Source of the DNA: Paramecium tetraurelia | Lineage: Eukaryota | DNA: 64,000 nucleotides | Direction: 5' to 3' | NCBI GenBank assembly: GCA_000165425.1 | Contig: CT867991.1 | Coordinates: forward strand, 62,001 to 126,000 | Shown: positions 1-13,700 of the stretch, piece by piece | Position numbering within the stretch: the first letter of the stretch is position 1 | How the letters are laid out: every line of letters starts with the position of its first letter | Made by a program: the position numbers and the translations under genes | The notes under the pieces: generated by a model | What the model was told of the DNA's origin: nothing | Seen by the model: only the letters and a program-made list of their open reading frames with translations | The model's database searches: none

Positions 1-2511
1 GAAAATGCCGCCAATTAAAATGAGGAAAATTAAGAAAAATAAATTAAGGAAAAACCATAAAAATAAGTTAAGACTAAAAAGAAAGGAGTTGAAAACAATG
101 AGAAGACTATTGAAAATTTGCTAAGCAAAAAGTTTATCTAAGCTGAGGAAGAAGATGAGCCACCAAGAAGAGAAATGGAAATAGAATATGAAAGTAATAG
201 AAATGAAAGAGATACTTTTGGAGTTGATAATAAACAGAACAAACGAAAGGCTTAAAATGCCAAAAATATCAATTAACTAATTAAAAATAGACATAAATTC
301 TTTACTGAATTTGAGGATGCTCCAATTGAATTTTAAAATGAAAACCCAAATTATTAAGAAATTGACACCGATTAATTTGAACTAAAATTTGAGAAACAAT
401 AAGTCGAAGAAAGTGCAATTAAATAAAAAGCAAAACGAGACATGTTAAACAAAGTTTAATAATATAAATAAAATGTGCTTGTTTTTGGCGATCAACAGAA
501 ATCACAAAAGTCATTAATCTCAAGTACCATCCTTCCTTCATAGGACTTAGAATCAAATGGAAATAATGGAACTACTTAAAATAATTTACCCAAATTTCCA
601 TAAATAATTAAAGCAGCTTCGTTTATTTAGGAAGAGTAAAATTAGAAACTAGATGGAGAGTCCAGAAATTCTTTGTTAAGAAAAACCTATTCTATGGGCT
701 TAAAAAAAGGATTATCCTAAGAAGATATTGAGGATCCAGAGTTGTAATTGTTCATTCCCAAAATTAATGGTGCAAAAGATAAGATCTTCGAAAATACACT
801 ATTTCTGAATAAAATAAAGTAAAAGGGATTTGATAGGGTTGTTCAAACATCTTCAAGTTTAAATAATAGCAATAAAGCTTATTCAAGAAGTGAGTTTTAA
901 TAATTATTGCAATAAAAACAAGTAGAACACAAAGCAAACAAAATAAATTTATCATTGAATGAATTAATGAATAGATTTTAAAGTACCACTTTCGAATAAA
1001 TAGAACAGAAGAGGCAACAAAATTAAAAGGCAAATAATGGTTAAGATGATGATGATTCATCACCTGATGAAGATTTTGTGCCTTAATAAAATGAACTTAA
1101 TTAAGAAAGTGAGGATATTGATGATGGAAGTAGTTAAAGTTGTGATGACAATAATAAATTGATAGATGATAAAGTTAAGGAATGTAAGTTAACTGAAAAA
1201 GAAATTGAAAAATAAGAAAAGAATGAAGCTGAGAAGGAGAAAAATTATGGTACCATAATAGAAGAGAAATCTGATGCAATGAGTTAAATTGATGATGAAG
1301 AAAGGTAATAACTTCAATAAATTAAATCTGGAAAGTTTAATTAAGAAAAAGATTACAATCTCTCAGATGCTGATGAAGAAGATGAGGATTAGAATGAAGA
1401 TGATTAAGAGGAATAGGAATAGGAAGAAAATAAGCAAGATGATGATTTAAAGAAAGAAGATCATAAAGTCTAAGAAAACAACAAAACCAATAAACTTGCT
1501 CTAATTGATTCTAGCGATGATGATTAATAAGCAGAAGATATAAATGAGGAAGATTTGAATATGTTTAGACGATTGAAGAAGGTTTCGACAATGTTTAAGG
1601 ATAGAAAGAGAAAGGAAAAGGAATTAGAGGAGAAGAAGAAATTAAGATTAGAGAGATAAAAAGAAAGAGAGAAAATGAAGAAATTTATAGAATCAAATTT
1701 AGTGGAGGATTAAGCAGAACAAGGATCTGATAATGAATCTCATGATGATGTTGTTAAAGAGATCAAGGATGATGATGAAGAGGAAGATAATGAAGTCATA
1801 GAAAAAGAGTTATTGGAAATGATTGATGATAAGATAGAAGACTTAGATGAAGAAAATGAAATAAGAGCATTTCAAATATTTATGGATAGAATACACAAAT
1901 AAGAAAAAGATGATATTAAGAAGATCCTAAAAGGAGAATTCAAAAGAAGAGATGGAAAAGTATCAAATATTGATTTACTCAATATGGAATAGACTGAGGA
2001 AGAGAAATAAGCCAGATTAATGCATAAGTTTGAAGAAAGTGAAGAAGAAAACTATGATTCAGATTTTGAGAACTACTTGAAAATGAATAAAGATCAAAAA
2101 AATGAATTTCTAAAAGAAAAACGATTATAAAAGATCTTATAAGCTCAAAAAGAAATGAATTAGTAAACGAAAAAAAATAGATTGCAAGAATAATAATTAT
2201 TTTAACCAGATCTTCTAAAAATTGTAGAATAAGCTAGAAAGAAACAATAAGAGGTACTACAAAAAAAGATTAATTAAAAACCACCTTCATTTGGATAATC
2301 TCTATAATAACAATCAAAGATCAATGAAAATTCTAATGCTCAAAATTCTAACTCAGTATCCTTGTTAAATGTCTAAAAAAAAGATAACAAATAATAGTAA
2401 AATAAAACAAGTTTTGCAATAAATAGACTGTTTTCTGCTAACTTAAATTCAAAAGGATAATAATTATAAAAATCACCTAATAAAGCAATTTTGTTGATGA
2501 AAAAAAAATGA
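1..2511 (+). CDS. 5'-truncated acidic low-complexity protein with a Mrc1/Claspin-like C-terminal domain
   Basis: Frame 1 reads to TGA 2509-2511. Segment ~1675-1955 reads MKKFIESNLVEDQAEQGSDNE...LLEMIDD...DIKKILKGEFKRRD. Confidence 0.75.
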
Positions 2512-2577
2512 TTTATATATTATTCTTCTTATATCATAATATTTATTTAGAATATTCATATAAAATGAAATTAAACA

Positions 2578-4115
2578 TCACTCTAAATTGATAAATCCAA
2601 TTAATTTAAAAGCTAAAGTTCTTGTTAATTCATCTTGACTATCAAGATATTAACTTATGATCTGTTCTCCTGAACAATTTTAGATCAACTACTTGACTTA
2701 ATCCAAATTGATGGAAGAATCAAATGAAAGTAATTGGTACAAGGAACTTAATATATTGTTGATGATTTCTGTTTGGCCAACTGTATCTGTTAATGAATTA
2801 ACCAAGATTTCAATCCCTCCAAATTTGATCACAACTTCAGCAGATTCTTAGAAGTTTGTCAGTAACACTTAAATGGCTCCGAATGCCTCATTTCTTACCT
2901 CTAATTTATTAGCACCTGTGCATCGATACAATAAATCTTTGATGAGTGGCAGCTACTGCTAATTTAAAAATTATGTTATTAATTCTTCATCCTCTGCCCC
3001 AAAGATATTCCTAATGCATCCAATGGTCTCCTCAATTACTTCTTGATTATTGCTGGACATTAATTTCATAATCACTTCACTTAAACCAAGTGAAAGGAGT
3101 TGTTCAATTACATCATCCTAACCATATAAAAGATTTCGAAGAACTTCAGCCTATTCCAAATGTACTTTTGGATCCCAAGGATTTGAAATCAAAAAAATGA
3201 GTAATTAGATATGTGTAGCAAATAATTCACTTATCTCATCTTCTGTCATGTGTCTGGTTATAGTTGATAATCCTTGTAAGAAGTCTTAGCATATTTGGAA
3301 TGAAATATCATTATTATTGGTTTGAAACTTTTCAACGAAACTGATGTTCATTTATAGGATATCAAAGAATTAGAAATAAATATTGTTCGATAATTGGCTC
3401 AAATTTCTCAAAACCCACATTAAACCATGAATGAAATTCACTGTTGGATTTATCTTAATATTCTGTTAAAGAATTGTAAGGTCTATTAAAAACTATTGAT
3501 ATTATTGAGTTATGAATGGATGTTTGAGAACTAAAGCTTTTTCACTCAAAATATTTGCAATAGTAAACAATCCAAAAGCAGCAACTTCTAGTTTTTCTGC
3601 TCTAACAAAATCGAATGTTGAATCCTTTATATAATAATACAATTCCTTGAAACCTGTCATGTTGTAAAATAAAATCAATTATTATTAATCTAAATAATAA
3701 ATGATATTTAATAAATGATAATACACCAGGTATGACAAGTACTCTTCTTTAGTTGATAATACTCCTACAAAAGGAGTGATTAATTCTAATAATTTAGATT
3801 AGAGTAGTTTGTAAATTTTTAATTGCTTCCTCTTTTCATTTAAAATTTTTAAGCCTTCCAAAATATATGGCAATTGATTATTAGGATTCAATAGCTTTTC
3901 TGTGACAAATACTTGAATCTCAGCTTCTGGAATTGACTCCAAGAAATTTTCAGGCACATACTTATATAATGTTGCTTATGATGCAAATTAATTTCTTTTT
4001 TAATTAAATATTGCTAATCTGCTCTAGTTTCTAATTTCGACAGCATAGTTTTCCCTTTTAGCTTTCACACGATTCTAAATTTACAATAATTATATACATC
4101 TTCCTATTGAAACAT
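2578..4115 (-). CDS. Importin-alpha-like ARM-repeat protein (divergent)
   Basis: MFQQED|NRVKAKRENYAVEIRNQSRLAIFNQKR is an IBB-like N-terminus. One 23-nt intron, then helical repeats; ~504 aa. Confidence 0.8.
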
Positions 4116-4482
4116 AATTAATTTAATAATAAATTAGCGCTATATATTTTTTTAAATAAAGAATCATAATAGTATTGGACTATTTAACATTAAATATAAA
4201 TATGTATGAAGTGCTATTTAAAATCTAGCCCTCACATTCATAATAATTTAATTATTATATAAATAAGAACTCTAATATTGCAATAATTTAAGATTAAATA
4301 GAAAGTTAAATTTATGACAAAATAAATCCTAATTATGATGTGATCATTATGTTTACCCTTAACCTGATACCTTATGTTTCCTTTCATCAGTATCTATCAG
4401 CACAATGTTATGATATATATCTACAGCACTAGGACAAGTTATTTCTACTTCTCCATTCTTTTATCTTTAGTGAAATTGTCTA

Positions 4483-4740
4483 TCAAACTTGTTATTACAT
4501 TCCTTTATATTTTCTTCTATCTTTGTTATGCAATAATACCCCTTCATTTAGATCTCCTTCAATCCATTTACCATTTTATACTTTGCAGTCTATCCAATTA
4601 TACTCTCCATAGCCATTAAACTACTCAGCTAACAAGTCTCCATCATAATAAGATCTGTCAGCCCATCTAAACTGTCCTCTACCATTCTCTGCCCTCTTAA
4701 AAAAGCCTTCGAAAAACACCTAGTTTCCCAATTGATTTAA
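4483..4740 (-). pseudogene. Degenerate MORN-repeat fragment
   Basis: FEGFFKRAENGRGQFRWADRSYYDGDLLAEQFNGYGEYNWID... with no in-frame ATG, bounded by TGA codons. Confidence 0.5.
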
Positions 4741-4890
4741 CCTAGTTTTAGTAATTGCATAACAATTAATGACTAAAAAAATCTTTCTTTTTGCAGCCAA
4801 TCATTTAATTAAGGTAATAGATTTGAAAACGTAGTTTTAATTTAAATATATATTGAATAGATACTTGATAATAATGTGCAAAAGTGTTAA

Positions 4891-5664
4891 TCATTATTTA
4901 GAATGCTATGCATATGAACTACATTTACTACATTTGTTATTGACAAATGTATGTCCAATCAATTTATTACAAACTGATTTGTTGAGAGTTTAAGTTTCTA
5001 TTTTCTAGCATTTTTAATCAATTGTTTGACATATAAATGTATTCCCTTAATTATTCACATATTCTCCATCACATTCTTTATTGCTGAGGTCTTCGCAGTT
5101 GATTTATGAACAAGCCTTATTATGATATCTACATCCAGCTTGTTCACAAACTTCTTACTCATTTATTTATTCGCAGTTTTATATCAATGATTTTCTTTCT
5201 TTGCAAGTGCCATCCCAATAACAAAATGATTCTAAAGAGAGTGGATGACTCTATCCTATGACATATCTATTGCAAGTCTCTTTATCATATATTTGATCAC
5301 ATTTTTCTGCATTGAAACAATAACCACTTACTAAATCATAGGCGCACTAAAATAATTAACATTTCTCCCTTGCAATTTAAGGAGAGTCAACTATTTACAA
5401 TTATTCACAATTATTTAATTCGACACAATTGCCATTCTTAACATAACAATATTTTGGATTTGAGCTTAAAAATTATGAAGCCTTTATGCAATTATCTAAT
5501 GATCTCTCGTTGCATTCAGATATTCTACATTTATTTTGGTTCCAAAAACATTTATGTGCTTCACATGATTCTTATGTATCATGCTCATTGCAATCACAAG
5601 CTGTTGGATAATTGATTGCAGCATTAATACAATACAGAATTGCAAAAAGGATATAAAATTTCAT
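4891..5664 (-). CDS. Secreted cysteine-periodic surface (mini-antigen-like) protein, 257 aa
   Basis: Signal peptide MKFYILFAILYCINA, regularly spaced Cys with CxW motifs, intronless, TGA at 4891-4893. Confidence 0.85.
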
Positions 5665-6229
5665 AGATAAATTAATTTTATTATTAAAATAATCTAATAC
5701 AAACTATTCTTTAATCAATTGAAATAAGATAATTTAATAACTATTTCATATAATTTACCTGAATTAATGAATTAAGAATACATACAATAACAATTGTCTA
5801 ATTTTTAAATTCAGTTTTACACTTATTATTTTAGTTAAACATAGGATGAGGATTTAAAGTAATATAATTTTTAGTGTTTGAAATTAAGATTTTAATGATA
5901 TTGTTAATCAATTTATTTTTCATATATCTAAGATTATTTAATTATTATTAATCAGAACTTTAGGAAAAATTAAAGAAAAGGATGGATTGATTTTCAGTTT
6001 ATTGAAATAATTAGACTCTAGATATATTTGAAAATAGATAAAATCAGGGCACTTATTTATATTTAATTTGATCTAAAGATTCTAATAATAATTATTGTCA
6101 TTATGTGCTTAATAGTAAGAGGTAATTTTTGATTGGTTATGAGGAATGGTGGTCGATTTTCAAAAGTATTAATTTGTGGAGTATTATAATATTGGATATT
6201 GTTATATATATTTATTTTAAATAATATTA

Positions 6230-7467
6230 ATGGGTTGTTGCATGAAAAGAAAGGCTCATGTGGCAGCCAGTTCTTTAAATCCAAGTCTAAGATAGACTAA
6301 GAAATTCGATACTCAACGTTCTCGAGTGGATGAAATGAAGTCTGAAGTGTATGAGAAAACGATGTATGGGAATGAAGATAACTATTATGATTCAGATGAA
6401 TTACTTTGCATTGATCGCAATTAACTATTGAGTCTGATTAAGAGTGAACCCAAAAAGATTCGTTGGACTCCAGGATAAGTGATTGGGTAAGGTTCATTCG
6501 GAAGAGTGATAGAGGCGATGAATCTAGACACTGGGCAATTGATGGCAGTTAAGCAGGTAATGGTTGATGTTCGAAATGAAGATCGCATAATAGCACTTGA
6601 AATCGAAATCGACTTGCTTTCTTTAATCAATCATAAGAATATAGTTTCATATTATGGGATGGAACGCACAGAGAAGACATTTAAATATCTTCCTGGAGAG
6701 AGTTGCAGGAGGATCCTTGAGTTCAATGCTTCAGAAATTCGGCCCTTTTAAGGAACCTCTGATCAAAGTTTACATGCGCTAAATTTTATTGGGATTAGAA
6801 TATTTGCATCAAAATGGCATAATGCATAGGGATATTAAGGGTGCAAATGTGCTGGTTGACAATCAAGGAGTTTGCAAGTTGGCTGACTTTGGGAGCAGTA
6901 AGAAGATTGCATTAAATAGCAATAGCACTATCTTTGGAACTCCCAATTTTATGGCTCCTGAAGTGGTAAAATAATAAAAATCTGGGAGGAAGGCTGATAT
7001 TTGGAGTCTAGGATGCACCATGATAGAATTGGCAACAGGTAAGCCTCCATGGTATCAATTAAATAATCAATTTGCAGTGATGATCAGGATCGGGAAGGGA
7101 GAAATACCAGAAGTTCCAGAAGGATTTTCGGAGGAAGCCAAAAACTTTGTTTCGCATTGCTTAGAGTATTTAAGAGAGTAAATGTTTTATTAGGGTTGAT
7201 GAACACAAACGCTGGAATGCGACAAAACTATTAAAACATCCTTTCCTGATCCAATAGAATAAGCTCGAAATTCCATAAGGAAGGACTCCTTTACGCAATA
7301 CGCCTGGGAGCAAATCGAAATAGTAATAGCGATCCTTTAAATATCCAGAATAGGAAACTTCTCATTCTCCTGGTTAATTGAAAGAATTTGATTAACAGCA
7401 GTCAGACAACCCTCAACCCATGATAGATAGTTCCTTTGTTCTCAAATAGAGAAGGTAATAGGAATGA
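6230..7467 (+). CDS. MAP3K (STE11/NPK1-like) kinase with MGCC acylation motif; 1-nt frameshift at ~6680
   Basis: [42 protein letters not shown]. Intron 7166-7193. An extra T in ACATTTAAAT breaks the frame. Confidence 0.9.
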
Positions 7468-7559
7468 TAAAAACTACTTTGTATTTTAATTAGTTTTTTA
7501 ATTAAAATTATAATCCGAATAAAAATAATAAATTAAATTATAATTAATTTAGTTTTTGT

Positions 7560-8061
7560 ATGCACCAAGAGCTCTAAAAATTGGAATAGTTGAATAGTTA
7601 AGAATTGGAATTGGTAAAATAGGTATATGAATAAAAAGTAATGCTTAATTTAGTATGATTAGGTTGTTTATTTAAATACTAAGATCTACATGCTCTCCAA
7701 AGAACTGGAGTAAAAAACATCTGAAGTGTCAAAGATAAAAAGGAGTTAAATTGTTGTTTAAGAGGATCCAATTCAAGAAGACAACTTAATTGAAATAGAA
7801 AGAGCTAAGACTTAGGATTTAGTAAAGGAAACTAAAGAATAGATGGAATAAGAGTTGCTCGAAATAAGGTCTCAGTACTCTAAGGAAATATTAGAGCTTT
7901 AAAAGCAGCTCAGAAAGAGAGACTTAATGATAGAGTAATTAATGATCGAAATATAAATGTATAAAAATTGTTAAAATTAAAATCTCGACAAAATGAAGGT
8001 AGAATATCTTTCCTAATTGATTGAGATTGTTTAGGATATCTAAATATAAATTTAGCAATGA
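7560..8061 (+). CDS. Small coiled-coil hypothetical protein
   Basis: ATG 7560, one intron, E/Q/K/L-rich heptads, TGA 8059-8061. Confidence 0.7.
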
Positions 8062-8449
8062 TGATGTATTTAATTTATTTAATGTTTGATATTTTAAAAT
8101 ATTACATTTTTGACTTATGACTGATTTGATGTTATTTAGAATCACAATTTTTTGATCAATTCTACTAGAATTATGAATGGTTTAAACAAGATAATACTAA
8201 AGTAAAGGGAAACAAAGGCTGTAAATTAATGAAAATTTGGATAGTTATAAATTTAAAGAAGTTGAGTAATAAGAAATGGATGTAAATATATAAAGTAATA
8301 AAAATCTGTTATGATAACTGAATCTAAGATTTTAATTAGAGTAGTCGTTAATACTAAAATTTGATTATTAACAATCATAATTAGATTCAATAAACTATGA
8401 TACTTGATACCATTTATTTTGTTTTGCAAGATTATTAATATTATTATAA

Positions 8450-10277
8450 ATGCAACCATTAGCTAAATAACCTCAGAAGGAGGATGAGCACTGTTAAGTG
8501 GAAGATCACATCCTCAGGAAATTTGAACTGCTTGAATTTAAAGGAAAAGGAGCCTACGGAGTAGTTTGGAAGGCAGTTGACCGTAAAACAAAATAGATTG
8601 TTGCATTAAAGAAAGTACATTTAACTGTAAAGTTGTAGATTTTCGATGCATTTCATAATGCGACTGACTCACAAAGGACATTTCGCGAGGTAATATTCCT
8701 AGAGTAGTTGGTAAACCACGAAAACATCATCAAATTAACAAGTGTCATAAAAGCAGAAAATAACAAAGATCTGTATATGGTGTTTGACTTTATGGAAACA
8801 GATCTTCACAAAGTATTTACATTTAATATTAACTTTAAGGTGATAAGAGCAAACATCTTGGAACCCATACATAAAAAATATATAATATACCAAATACTCA
8901 AAGGTCTCAAATATCTTCACACTGGTGAACTGATCCACAGAGATTTAAAGCCTTCCAACTTGCTAATTAATTCAGAATGCAAGGTCAAAGTAGCTGACTT
9001 TGGTTTGGCAAGGAGTGTGGCTAAGCCAGACGACAATAGTAAATGTTATTATGCTAACAATGCTTAGGCAATCCAATTCTTACTGAATACGTAGCTACAA
9101 GATGGTACAGAGCTCCAGAAATATTGTTGGGTTCTTAGCATTATTCCAAAGCAGTTGATATGTGGAGTCTGGGTTGTATTTTGGGGGAAATGATAATAGG
9201 GAAGGCAATATTCCCTGGAACTTCTACTCTTAATTAAATTGAGAGAATTATTGAGTTGATTGGAAGACCTAGGCAGGATGAATTGGATGCTATTCAAGCT
9301 CCACTGGCTGAATAGGTGATTTCGAGTATCTCTACCCAAAAGAGGAAAAGCATAACTCAATTATTTGCATCAGGTCAAGAAGAGGCCATTGATTTCATCA
9401 GGTAATAAAGAGGATAATAAAATTAGGTAAACCCTCATTTACAATCCGTATAAAAGAATGACTGTGGAATAAGCTTTGAATCATCCTTATGTCAAGGAAT
9501 TCAAAGGAACCGAAGATGAAATTTCAAGAGGTATATACATTGATATTCTTAGAAAGTCCTATTGAAACTTATATGGATGACAATCATAAATTTTAAGTCA
9601 ATTAATATAGAGATGCCCTTTACTCTCATATCATGCAAAAGAGAAAGTTGGAACATAAAATTTTGATTCGTGATCTGAAAAATGTTCCAATTAACGTAAT
9701 TTCTGATAGCTCTAAATCTCCCAGCAAGAAAGACCCTTTTCCCAAAAGAAGCAAAGATTCAGAACCCTCTAATGCCGATATTAGTGATAACAAACTCTAT
9801 GAGTCTCAACATGGTAATCGAACCATTCATAAGGGTCCATCTTATACATAATAACGCAAAAATACTACATCATAAGAGCATAACTACAACAATAATAATA
9901 ATAATAATAACAATAATAATAACAATAACAATAATGAACATACCAATCAATTCATATATCAAAGTCCAAGTATGATCATGTAGAAAAAATAATCGTAATC
10001 CATTTTTCCTAATGTTGATAGTGGCAGTCCTATAAAAATAATCCCAAGAAAATAATCAATGTAAAACATTTAAAATAGTGTCTCGACAGTTTTATAAAAT
10101 ACATTATCATAAAACCTATAAAGTCAAAATGCTTTGCAGGTCTCTCAACATTAACTCCCAAGAAAAGGCTCCTAAGGTAGCATTTAGAAATCGTCCTCTT
10201 ACAAAATGTCGGCAACTAATTATAACTCAACTAATTATAGCTCAGCTTTTTAACAATTAAGTAAAATCAGAAAGTGA
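8450..10277 (+). CDS. MAPK15: MAP kinase of the ERK7/ERK8 (MAPK15) subfamily
   Basis: [50 protein letters not shown]. Five tiny introns and a long low-complexity C-tail. Confidence 0.92.
9888..9935 (+). repeat. (AAT/AAC)n microsatellite encoding a 16-residue poly-Asn tract in the MAPK tail
   Basis: aacaataataataataataataacaataataataacaataacaataat is in frame with the kinase. Confidence 0.9.
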
Positions 10278-10404
10278 TAATTTACACATAGACATATTAA
10301 TAAATATAATTTATCTTTATTCTTTCTCGAAATTACATAATTTCTGTGTGCATTATTATTTTTCAATAAATCTAAATTTCTATATTATTAATTTATCACA
10401 ATCA

Positions 10405-11810
10405 TCAAAAAAATCCGCCCGACTTTATTTCAGTTCCTTAAATATTCGATTTCAATGATTAAGCTATAGATTTTGGCCCAGATTTATTAGATTTAGAGAT
10501 AGACTTTTAGGATTTCTCACTTCCTTATCTATGTACTTATGGGAACCTCACTCTCCCTTAAGATTCGTTTTGATTTTGACCATTATCTTTAAAATCAATG
10601 CCTTCAGGGATACTTACCTCATGAATTGGAGCATCTGACACTGACTTAGTCATCTGAACCTTATCCCAAGAATTTAGAGGAGGTTTCGGTGGCAATGCCT
10701 TAACAATATGATCAATTTCTGGCTTCTCCAAAGTAATGATATCAAACTCTATATATTATTTGTTAATAGCTATTACCCTTATCATATTTCTTGATCAAAT
10801 CATCATACTTATGTCTCTTTATCAATCTGTCTTGAGTTCTCAATTGATCTTAAAGATCTCGTTCTCTATATTCATTTTCCAAGACATGCCTTACTTCATA
10901 ACGCTTCTTGTGATTTCTATTAATTTCATCTATCATCTTGATTTCCTCAGGGATCTCCTTCGTTTAATCTAAATAAACTGATTCTCTGAACTTCCAAGAT
11001 GGTGGAAATCTATCGTTAAAGTGCTTGCCATGATTTAATTAGTCCTGCTTCAATTTCCTCATTTTTATTGGATAAAATACTATTGATACTCCCACTCTTG
11101 GTCATCATTATAAAAAGATCCTGCCACAATATCATAGTTTCTGACTCTTTTACATTTATCATTTATATCTGACATTACAGCAGCCTCCTATTCTAATGCT
11201 TTTATTTCATGATTATCCAAAAACCTGTATAATTTTAATTTCGAACTTGTTTGTAATGATATTGAAATCTCGCTTATTTCTATTTATCACTGGCTTCTCA
11301 TGAACTCGCTTCTAAACAACTACCTTCATGTTTTTGTAATATTCTTCACTCTTCTTCTCATTTGTTATTATATTATAATCATTAAAATTGGGTGGTAACT
11401 AACATATAATCAAATCCCATACTAAACATTATTTTGTTTTCTCTCTCTCATCAGGTCTCTCTATTCCTTAAACTTGCTCCAAATTAACTAAATCATATTC
11501 GTGCAAATATTTCTTAACCATTTCCTATCTAATCTAATATCACAATACCATTTTCTTTTATGCCAATGTAGATGTCTTCTGAAAATCTTTTTCCTTCTCC
11601 TTTACATCCCTTTCTTGATTTTAGTAAGTCTATAAAACAGGATTGAATTCAGTCTGTTTCAATTTCATTTCTTTTTATGTGAAAATCTTTGGTTTCTAAA
11701 AATCCACTTTTTGTTTCCTATTCCCTTGATATCTGCAATGAAATTAATGCAAAATCTTACTCCTTCAATTCTTCAGCCCATGCTTTCGTGTCTGCTGGAT
11801 CAATATACAT
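10405..11810 (-). CDS. Hypothetical hydrophilic protein with repeated [FY][ND]xx[TN] motifs, ends IKSGGFF
   Basis: MYIDPADTKAWAEELK start, several tiny introns, TGA at 10405-10407. Confidence 0.75.
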
Positions 11811-12381
11811 CAAGCAGTTATTAATTTATTACTTAAAAAGATAAATAAATAATTAACAATGTGCTGATATTCAGCTTCTATTGACCATTAGAATTATTTA
11901 TAAACTAATTCAAATAAATGGATTAATCTAAATTAGTTTTTAATACTCTTACGATTTTTCATTAATTTTTACAACGTAATAAGATGATAACTAAATTGAT
12001 TATATTTCTAAAGAAATTAAATTATGTTTCTTATAATACAATTTCATAAGTATGATTTCGTAATCAATTAGAAACATTTCAAGATATATTTTTCATGAGT
12101 AATGTAATGAAAAAAATACAATTCTACATATATGTCGATTGTGAATTAAATTTTAGTCAATCAGAATATCTCTATTTAGTTATTTCATACTTTACTTAAT
12201 TTTGTGTAAAGGAATGCGATTTGGGAGGGTTGTAGAAGAATGTTGAATCAGAGAAATTTGGATCCAAATAGGGCATTTAAAGCATTTAAAAATTTTTTGG
12301 ACATTTTTATAATAAATTATTTTTTAATATAGATTATTTTCGGAATAGTACACAATTCTTTATTCAAATAATATAGAAAAT

Positions 12382-12675
12382 TCAGATTTAATCATTGATC
12401 TATTATCTATCTTTTCTCTTTAATACTCTATTAATTGCTCTTTCATTTCCCCAGTTATTGAATTTTCCACCATTTCCTTGAAAATTATTCTAGTTTTTGT
12501 TGCCGGATCTGTCTCTTCTATGTACATCTTCAAGTGATTTAATCTTGCTTCTTAAATTATTTTTGGTTTATTCCACCTTTTCTTATTCTAATTATTTTCT
12601 TGCCCTCTCTCTAATATCCGCATCAAAGTGATTTTTTCTCTGGTACTTATCACCATTCATTTCCTTATAATCCAT
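12382..12675 (-). CDS. Small charged hypothetical protein (97 aa)
   Basis: Intronless ATG..TGA ORF, MDYKEMNGDKYQRKNHFDADIRERARKQLEQ. Confidence 0.55.
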
Positions 12676-12775
12676 GTAAATAATTTAAATTAATAAAATT
12701 TCCAAAAATTGAATTAACTCATAAATATAAAAAATTTCTTTAGTAATATATTGTTCTATTTAAAAATTGAATTAA

Positions 12776-13700
12776 TCATATAGATTTCCGACAGAATGGA
12801 CAGGTATTGTTGATATTAATCCAAGACTGAAAATTGAAAATAACTAAAATACCATAATACAGGTTTCATGGTAATGATGCAATTTTGAGCATTTCAGGAC
12901 AACGACTTCCTCATTTAATTCATATGGACATCTACAAATGCAGCATTCTTGCTCTCCTTCTATTAAATTTGGTTTATATTTGATTGCTTACAATCGAGTT
13001 CTAATCTCATTTCGTTATTGTTCTTTGCCAAACCTATTAAATTAAGTAAATTTTGTTACAAATTTGCGCAATAATAACAACCAAAGATAAGCAAAAATGG
13101 TGAACCTAGGATTGCAAAGACTAATATCAAATAAAGATCAATGTATTGATAAAGAGAGATTATAAGGATTGCACATAAAAAGTAATATTAATTCATTAAT
13201 TCTGCTGATCTCACACTGTAATATATACAAAATAAGTATACTCCATAACCAAAAATAAGTTAATAAATAATTGTAATTATTCTGCAACACCATTTGCCAA
13301 AGATAGTTTATTTTGCTATTTCTAATTTAATTTGTCGTGATAATATATTTAATCTCCTTGATTCAATTACTTAATCAACAATTGGACCAGCAACAATTTA
13401 ATCTAATTTATATGCCAATATTCTTTTATTCATTGTCAAGTATTTTAAGTGATTCTTGTGAGCGATGATCATAATAAATGCATGGAACATGATTGCAAGC
13501 ATCCAATAATTCAAATCAGTTTATTCATGATTCATATACAATAATGCAAATCCGCATCCAATTTTCAAAGAGTTAAATGAAATAAAATAATATTGAGTAG
13601 TCCGAAAATGACTCACAGCCTCTTTATAAATAGGGGTTTCTAAATACATTTATTATTCCTCCTGTTCATTTTGATTCACTTCTCTATAATCGCTATTCAT
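12776..13700 (-). CDS. Multi-pass membrane RING-H2 E3 ubiquitin ligase
   Basis: Hydrophobic helices, then CCICRCPY...LKCSKLHHYHETCIM|SWININNTCPFCRKSI* (intron inside the RING). Confidence 0.88.

Noticed and set aside
4483..5664. MORN fragment in frame with the Cys-rich gene as a double-readthrough fusion
   Set aside because: It needs two TGA readthroughs, frame agreement has a 1-in-3 chance, and the MORN part is degenerate.
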